A DNA stretch of 58,889 nt, counting the filler, from Porpidia crustulata (lineage: Eukaryota), in assembly GCA_964255105.1 (NCBI GenBank). It is 6 parts of 6 records of this genome, joined end to end, with 100 filler letters (N's around TTAATTAATTAA, not from the genome) between each part and the next. Parts side by side here need not be neighbours in the genome. Positions count along the whole stretch, not along the records: positions 49,170 to 58,889 come from CAXUWE010000897.1; 5 more parts are not named here. One strand, given 5' to 3'. Below, piece after piece: positions 51,748-58,889 of this stretch; the stretch's first letter is position 1; every line of letters begins with the position of its first letter. The notes under the pieces are model-generated. The model was given only the letters and a program-made list of their open reading frames with translations. It was not told where the DNA came from and ran no database searches. Position numbers and translations under genes: made by a program.

Positions 51748-54703
51748 ATGAAATACGGTGATTCGCTCCAGCAAAGGTCGATACCATTGTGGGAAACCTG
51801 TGAGCTTCCCTCTAGAGCAGTCAGCTATTCTGATTGCTGACCGGACTTGATCAGATAACATTGATTACGACGACATTAAGCATTTGATAAAAGTCCGCAC
51901 CACCAAGGGGCAGGCGCAAGTGACTGCTATTCCGGGCCATGAGAACGAAGCCAGGGCGCTTCGAGAGTTTGAGGATGAATTGTACAAGGAATTGCTCAAA
52001 CAATATCAAAGGATCGACTTGTTCGTGCAGAGCAAATCTGGCGAGATTGCTCGAAGATTGAGTACGAAACCCGTGTGAGGTACTGAATGGACCTGGCTAA
52101 TATTTTACGCCCCTCAGCGCACCTTGACAAACAAATTGGACACTTGACTCGGCATAACCTACCTTCAGCACAGGTGGGGATATCCGTAAGGCGCTTAGAG
52201 AAGTTTTCGAACGCTGAAGAGACAGCCCTAAAGTCCGTCATGCTCGCATCGAATGTCTCAGTCCACTAATATGGGTGACAGGGTGGGAGAGGATATTCAA
52301 GCATTATCGAGGTTCGTCGGGGCACAGCGGTTGGCCTTCCACAAGCTCCTAAAAAAATATAAGAAATGGACCAGCTCCTCGGACCTAGGGCAACGTTTCC
52401 AGAAAGAAGTGCTTGACCAGACTAACGGCTTTACAAAAAAAGATTTCGAACCACTTCTTCAACAATGGGCCGAGATTCTTGCCGCTGTTCGTGCCCCGTT
52501 CAAAGCCGGAACCAATTGGCAATCCAAGCGTTCCGAAGAGCCCGATCGCTCAGTGGAAGGAGAAAATTCGAGATGGCCAAAATCTGCCCAATGTGGTCCA
52601 TCACAAAAACTCTTCCGAAACGGGCAGCGTTTTAAATCAAATGCCAAAGATTTGCACTCTGTGTGCGAAACTGGATCTAATCTCGACTTCGATACGGCCT
52701 TGGCTGTGCTCCCGCTCGGTTCCACAGCTAATAAAGCAGTCTACTGGGTTCATCCAGACAATCTGATTCAAGTACATGTAATTTTATTGCAACATACAAG
52801 GCTGTTCAAAGCGAAGAGCGATGCATCATCGCCGTCTGATACAGCCAGTGCAACACCTTCTCGTAGTGGCTCGCTCAATAATTACAGAGGCACATCAAAC
52901 AATCGGGCTGATGAAGAAACTGGTCTTGTTATCTGTGATGATTTACAACGATTTGCGATACGGCAAAGCAGTGTCACTATTAGCGATTCGGAAAACCTAA
53001 TAGGAAACACGTCAGACAAAGCTGCTGCGAGCATCAGGTACTGCTCTAATGGTGAGGTAATTGCCGTCATTGATACATTTGGACCGACCAGCAAATCCAT
53101 AGGCGAAGGGCCCAAGTATGAGAGAGCAAAATTAAAGAGAAAGGCTGTGCGTCAGTTGTTCAGCTTAGATCCCAGATCATCTTTTTTACGGAAGCACTCT
53201 GGTAAGTCTGGAGTGTCAAGCATTGTTGCAGATAATGAGTTGGAATCTGCTCAAAAGCTTGAACAGATGCGCACATGGTTTCTGGACCACGAAGAGGTTC
53301 GGCCGCTGGTGCAGCTATGTATGAGGCGTACGCGCTTTGTTGGTCTATATAACAGTGAGGCAAGTGGTCTTTGGGCCACCGTAGATAAAAACGTCTCAAT
53401 GAGGAGATTTCCTGAAGAAGCATCCATAAGTGCGGATGACCTACTTGCGGCTAGTGAAGATGGACCTCAAGGCTTTGAAAAATTTCCTCATGCACTGATG
53501 GAGATCAGATATGAAGGCAACATCGGTACAGATATTATAACTTTACTAGATGAGAGCCATCTTGTGAGCATGCCTCAAACCCCGACCTTACTACCAATAC
53601 TGATCATGACGTAGACGGAGAGGGTGCGAGGATTCTCATTGATTACGCATGCCGTGGCGACCGTGTGCAAGCCGCAAGGTATGACTTCTCCATATTGGGT
53701 AAGTTCTGATCGGGTGGTCTATGGCTCTTAATTGACCTAAGTATAGCTTCCAGCATTGCAGCAAGATATCCGGAAAGTGCCAGCATCCACTAAGACAGCA
53801 CGCCCAAAGACTGCTGGCAGCCAAATGAGTCCCAATTCTACAAGAACCCAAAAGTCTTCAACCTCAGCAACTTCTCTTGGGGAAGGACCATCAAGTAGTA
53901 ACTGTCTCGCTCCGCCGACAGAGTCTTCGGCAACATCAGTGCCAGATATGCTTGAATCTCCTCCCCTTAGTGCTTTTAAAAAGAAGCGTTATCAATATAA
54001 AAGGCATCCTCTCAGCGTACAGATCAACCAAGTGCCAAAACCGCAGCAACAGCGCTACTGGAACGAATTTGACGACGGTGACGAAGGCTCCGAGGAAGAG
54101 GTTTACACTTTGTTCGTGAATCCCAACAACAACAGCGCCTTTCCTGGCGCTGCGAGCATATCTAAGATTGTCGCTTCGATTTCTAACGGCGCCGTTTCTT
54201 CGGTTCATATAATCAAATCCTGGCTGGGTTCAGAGCCCAAGGCAGCACCAAACGAACAGGATCCACTTCTCACCGGCTGCCATCCCCGTTCACTTTCAGG
54301 TGAATATGATTCGGACCTTGAAGATGAGCTGACACCAGATTCGATAATAAGAGATCCGCAACGTCGTTATTCGACGTTCCCTAACTCGCCCCATGCACGA
54401 GCCCGTCAATCGCGTGAGACCTTACTCTTCCGCTTCTGCGTTGCTTCCTTTCTCGCCTCTTACGTCGTCTTGGCTATTGCAGCCATACTTACATCGACGG
54501 GTCGTAGGAAAAGCTTCCTGGCTGTGAGGGTGGGGGTCCTTTTAGGTGTGGTCTGGAGTCTGATTTTTGCAGTCGTTGGAGTGGGCACCACGATAGCAAG
54601 GACAAAGAAACTAGATTGGATGCATCGAGCGACAGTCATCCTGGTTGTTGCAATCGTCTGCGTAGGGAACGGAATTGTACTGGCAATTCTGGGCAGCAGC
54701 TAA
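51748..54703 (+). CDS. SPX-domain, VTC-like domain and C-terminal 3-TM protein; exons 51748-51799, 51855-52061, 52118-52232, 52282-53563, 53615-53698, 53747-54703
   Basis: SPX N-terminus MKYG...W...|YNIDYDDIKHLIK and AFHKLLKKYKK. VTC-like YWVHPDN, RTRF, FPHALMEIR and ERVRGFS...YW. Three C-terminal hydrophobic helices. All five introns keep frame. Confidence 0.85.
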
Positions 54704-56185
54704 GATTGCTCGTCTCAAAAGTTGAACTGATATGGGGAATGTTTGACGATGCACCGTGACGTGTAAGGCTTCCCTGGGATACCTCGCATCAACTCCTTGC
54801 ACGGCTACACCAAGTTTCGTTGCAACCCTGGCTGAATACGAATGGATACCAATCACTAACACTTTTACTTCCAAGCCTTCTATCCAAATCCAGACACCTT
54901 TTATGCTTGGAGCCATACCTCGTTCCATTTATGTTCCTTGCACAACTCATTCCCTTTGAAAATGCCCATACACACTATTGTTCGCTCAGTAGCGGTGAAT
55001 CTCTCCTGGATAATTTTTCCACGAGATTAAGCGTCGCGGACTTTTCCAATTCAGTGGTGCACCCCTCTATCTCCAGAGACTACTTGTGAGCTGTTGTATT
55101 CGTTCAAATTTTGTTTTTTCCAATCAGCTGAATACCGATGCTTGTTTCATGTAAGCTACAACGATTTAGCCGTATTTCTATGATTTCGAACCTATTGCGC
55201 ATGTTATGTTATCATGGATTGCTTTGTTCGAAATTTCACACACTAACAGGTTTTTATTCACCTTGCCCGAGGATCGCACCGGATGCCATATGTATCTTTT
55301 CGAGATCACCATCAGCAGCAATTTGTAATAGGATCCGTACTTGTGGTCGACCAGCTTAAGCTGTGGGGATCCAAGAGTTTCTGCATGGTTTTCGGTGGAA
55401 TTGAAGGGTTTCTCATCAAAGTACAATCAATTTGCCTACGAATTGACGGGCCGAGTATGAATGGTACCGGTACGTCATGTGCAACGTCCTTATAGAGCAT
55501 CTGACCCGCTCACCAAGCCTGAGATAGGAAACCACGATTCAGCCTGGCGTGATGCGAGGCCGACCGGTCCTCTTCGTCCAGCAAACTCATCCGTAAGACT
55601 CACACGTACATGCAAACTTTCCGTGGCGCAGTTCTACCTGTAGTTTTCGGAGGCATTGCACTCGGCATGCAGCCTTCCGACGAAAATTGAACACAGAATT
55701 CGGATTTCGTCTTGAGAGGCAGTCTTTGTGACTAAGTCCGGCTTCCTGCTTGGGCTGCGGATACGAGGTGACTTGGCAACTCGTGCAACGTTGACAGAAT
55801 GGAGAAAATACAGAACCTCTTGCAGAGGATAGCCTTGTACACGCAAAGGAAATCCCAACAGCACTTCCAACGGCCTTAGATGTTAGAGAAGCTATGAGGC
55901 TTTGGTCAGACCTCGCCCCGTAGTATTAGGCTGAGGTACATTGGTCCAGTGAAGGGTGGGAACGATTCGATGAGACTGCTGCCTGTTTCTTCTAGAACCG
56001 GATGGCCAATCTGCAATACTTAGTGCTTGAATAGCTTTTCTCCTTATTTGGTCGCATCGCTATATCATTATCATCGATATTGCATCGACTTCAAGGAGCC
56101 TTGCATTATTGAGACCGCCAAGTGAAGGACTTACTTGGACGACATCCATTTATCATCGCCGTAAATTAGTTCGAGTGCGTACGGA

Positions 56186-58160
56186 ATGTCGGTCGGATTT
56201 GGCTTCTCAGCTGGCGACTTCATCCAGGCTCTCGGGTTGGTTAGGACTGTCATTAACGCCCTTCGTGAGAGCAATGGAGCAGGACCAGAGTTCCGTGAGC
56301 TTACCCAGGAGCTTTCTACCCTCGAGTCTGCTCTGCTTCTTGTTCAAGGGATTGAGCTCGATGAAGATCAGAACGCCGAAGGCATTGCACTCCGGCAAGC
56401 TGCTTCGCAATGTCAGCAAACTATCGAGGCTTTCGAGGCTAAAATAGACAAGTACCAGATTTACATGCGGGTGGATGGGTCCGGATCAAAAGTCAAGGAC
56501 GGCTGGATGAAGATCAGATGGGCCGTGTACGAGAAACATGATCTTCTTGATTTCAAAGCTAGACTTAGGGGTCATACAAGTACTATCGAGCTGTTGACTA
56601 CAGCAATTCAGCTGTATGTAAGCCCGCATTCATTTATGATCCATAAAGTGCTTTAATAATTGAGGTTATACTAGGAGCAAAACAACTCTTCACGGCCACA
56701 AACAAGACCAATATCATAAATCGTTGACCGGGACGATTGAGGCATTTTGGTTCCAGTACATGAGAAGCCTCGCCTCCCTCAGAAGCCTCATTACGGAGTA
56801 AGGAAGACAACCGAGATGAGGAATAGAGATAAGGGTATGTTGATTGTTGTATAGTGGGATCCACCAAGGGGAGCAACTGCTGGAGATAACTGCACAGATT
56901 GTGTATATGTGTCTCGTACGAACGATCATACCTCATTACAGCTAACCTTGTCTCAGGCGTACTAATGTTCGAATCTTCCATGCGATACATACTCTTCAAG
57001 AGAGTATCACGCGAATTCCTGCACAGGTCGACCGCCAGCAGCCGGTCTACATGATCGATGCATTGGGAAAGACGGCGCCTTTCCATCTTGAATTTATCCA
57101 ATCTTATGAGGTATGAAGTCTGCTGTGCTACCGGATATCAGTTAATCCCTTCTCAGGCGTTACTTGCAGCACTGAAACTCAACTTCGAGAAAACGACAAT
57201 AGGCCCAAGGATGATTGAGCAGGGAGAATTCATCATGCAGGATGCTGGCACCAAACGTGACATTCAGATCAAGAAAGATTTGGACTTGTGTTTTTTGCCA
57301 GGTCAGAGGGTTCAAATGAGCATGAATTTTTGCTGGCCCGGCTATCCTCCAAGTACTTGTCCTAGCTGTTACGTAGTCTGGAGCGGATCAGAAGGTGGAG
57401 ATGTTGAGTGCCAAGTATGTGGAACAGTATTTGAAATAAGACCGGAAATCCCATACGGATATCGTGTGACTTTGGGTGGCATTAACCTGCCCTTCAAGAT
57501 TCTTGCGTGGCCCTCGAAGACTCTCATGTTGCTCATGGAAAATGGACATAAAGAGAGTCGAATGAGCCAGCATACCGATGCATTTGACAACGCCCGGCGC
57601 TGGCTTTTCGAGCGTGTAGCTGAAAAGACAAGGAAATTCCGCCGAATTCGGATAACATACCAGCATCATCTAAGTCCTGTAGTCAGGGGCGAGCCCACAG
57701 CGGAGCCTTGGACAATTGAAAACCAAGGGTGGCGACTTGTTGCAATAGGCCACAGCGAACTTCATACTGTCGAGGTAGGTTGCTTGTAAATAACATCCGA
57801 GATGTCAATTTGCAGTTGAGCTTTAATGCTCGAAGGTAGTAACTCAACGTGACGTCCTACTTGCTGAAAAATCTCCAGGATCAATATCACCCCAACACAT
57901 GGGTTTTACTTTTCATTGACGAATTTCAGAAAAGCGATTCCAAGCAACACGAGGCTGTTTGTGGGAATGAATGGGAAAGAGAGTCAGGTAGGCGGCAGGC
58001 GTCAAATCGGACATATTTTAATGTTAACGGCTATCGAGATTATTTTATTGTGTCGAGTAAGCCACGCGGCTATAGAATGGGGCTGTATTTCCATGATAAG
58101 GATCTTTGTTCGGATGTCTGGTGTGTTTGGTACACATACTATGAGAGACTCAGATCGTGA
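56186..58160 (+). CDS. SesA/HeLo-like N-terminal domain + ubiquitin-like domain + CxxC-CxxC zinc ribbon protein; multi-exon; last exon 57879-58160 tentative (otherwise ends at 57789)
   Basis: MSVGFGFSAGDFI...ELTQELSTLESAL...KIRWA N-terminus. Four short GT-AG introns keep frame into QQPVYMIDALGKTAPFHLEFIQSYE|ALLAAL...FLPGQRVQMSM, followed by CPSC...CQVCG. Confidence 0.75.
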
Positions 58161-58889
58161 CCCTGATTCCGAACCCTTAGGCAAAGATTCTCAACGCCTC
58201 AAAATACACCAGGAGCCGACGAAGGGACGAGAGAAGAGCGCTCCTTGTTACCACATTCCACGGAGCAGGATACAGAAGCAGAAGGAAATATTTCCAAATG
58301 ATGAATCGTATGATGACATCAACAAGGTACCTATAGCATAAATGGAGCAAGTTCTAACCACTCGCACACACAAACACATCACGGACCACATACTCGTGCA
58401 CGCTCGCGATGAACCTGATGCTGCCTTCGAAGCCATCATACCGCCCATCTCTAAAGCGAATCTCTATCCTGAACTCACCAACACTCTGATCCCCGTCCGG
58501 GTTCCTTGCTGCCGGCTGAGCAGTGTAACGCAAGTGACCAACGCCGTTGAAAATCTGGGAATTTGTCCACTCGATATCCTAGCCAAGGAAATACCTATAC
58601 GTCCGAAAAACCGCATCCTTGAATATCGATGCCACATCCCGGTATAGCCATAGAGCCAGCCGCCCGTTACCACATTTCTTTCTCCCGCCTAGCTCTTTCT
58701 TTTTTTCTTTTTTTTTTCTTTCGTATATACCCCCATATCGTCCCAACCTACCACTCCACTAAATCCAAAGCCCACCGCACAGCAGTCGATCCCGAGATGA
58801 ACCAAATGTCAGAAAAGAGCAATGGGAGGGAAGCCGAGGGGAGGAGGGTTGTATGTACGAGGACCTGGGTTTTGTAGTTGGTGGGGGGG

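Noticed and set aside
9859..54703. Phosphate-metabolism cluster (PhoD-like phosphatase plus SPX/VTC protein)
   Set aside because: The genes are on different concatenated contigs, with no evidence of linkage.
54704..56185. A divergent partner gene upstream of the SesA-like gene
   Set aside because: Minus-strand frames gave only short ORFs with no recognisable domain or convincing exon chain.
58161..58889. Possible gene fragment at the window end
   Set aside because: No frame with a recognisable product or consistent splice sites.
1..58889. tRNA, rRNA, CRISPR arrays or intact transposons
   Set aside because: None recognised by eye. GTTCGAAT-like words fall inside CDSs without cloverleaf context.

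Overview
Eukaryotic, intron-containing DNA from a filamentous ascomycete (Pezizomycotina-type gene set and splice signals). The window is not one locus. It is six separate contigs (9758, 9733, 9731, 9726, 9721 and 9720 nt, i.e. sorted by decreasing size) joined by identical 100-nt N44-TTAATTAATTAA-N44 linkers, so gene neighbourhood only counts within each segment. Contig 1 holds the most interesting system, a head-to-head pair 268 bp apart. One gene encodes a 554-aa protein with a HeLo-like N-terminus and a degenerate kinase-like C-terminus. The other encodes a 1857-aa chimeric NLR-like STAND protein (helical domain, C2H2 fingers, HeLo-like domain, NACHT with an inserted ZZ zinc finger, ankyrin repeats). 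Contig 2: PhoD-like phosphatase, KEX2 and a Wss1-like C-terminal fragment. Contig 3: Rox1-like HMG factor, cyclin and SNF2 ATPase. Contig 4: BUB1, an unknown 668-aa protein and pyroglutamyl peptidase I. Contig 5: epoxide hydrolase-like enzyme, GPI-anchored His-brace (BIM1/X325-like) protein, small 4-TM protein, NAPE-PLD/FMP30 and BCS1 (GC-AG intron, missing a conserved 7-aa motif). Contig 6: MPP10, an SPX/VTC-like protein and a SesA/HeLo-like plus ubiquitin-like protein. Exon boundaries were derived by hand from splice consensus and frame continuity. Family calls come from motif recognition, not database searches.
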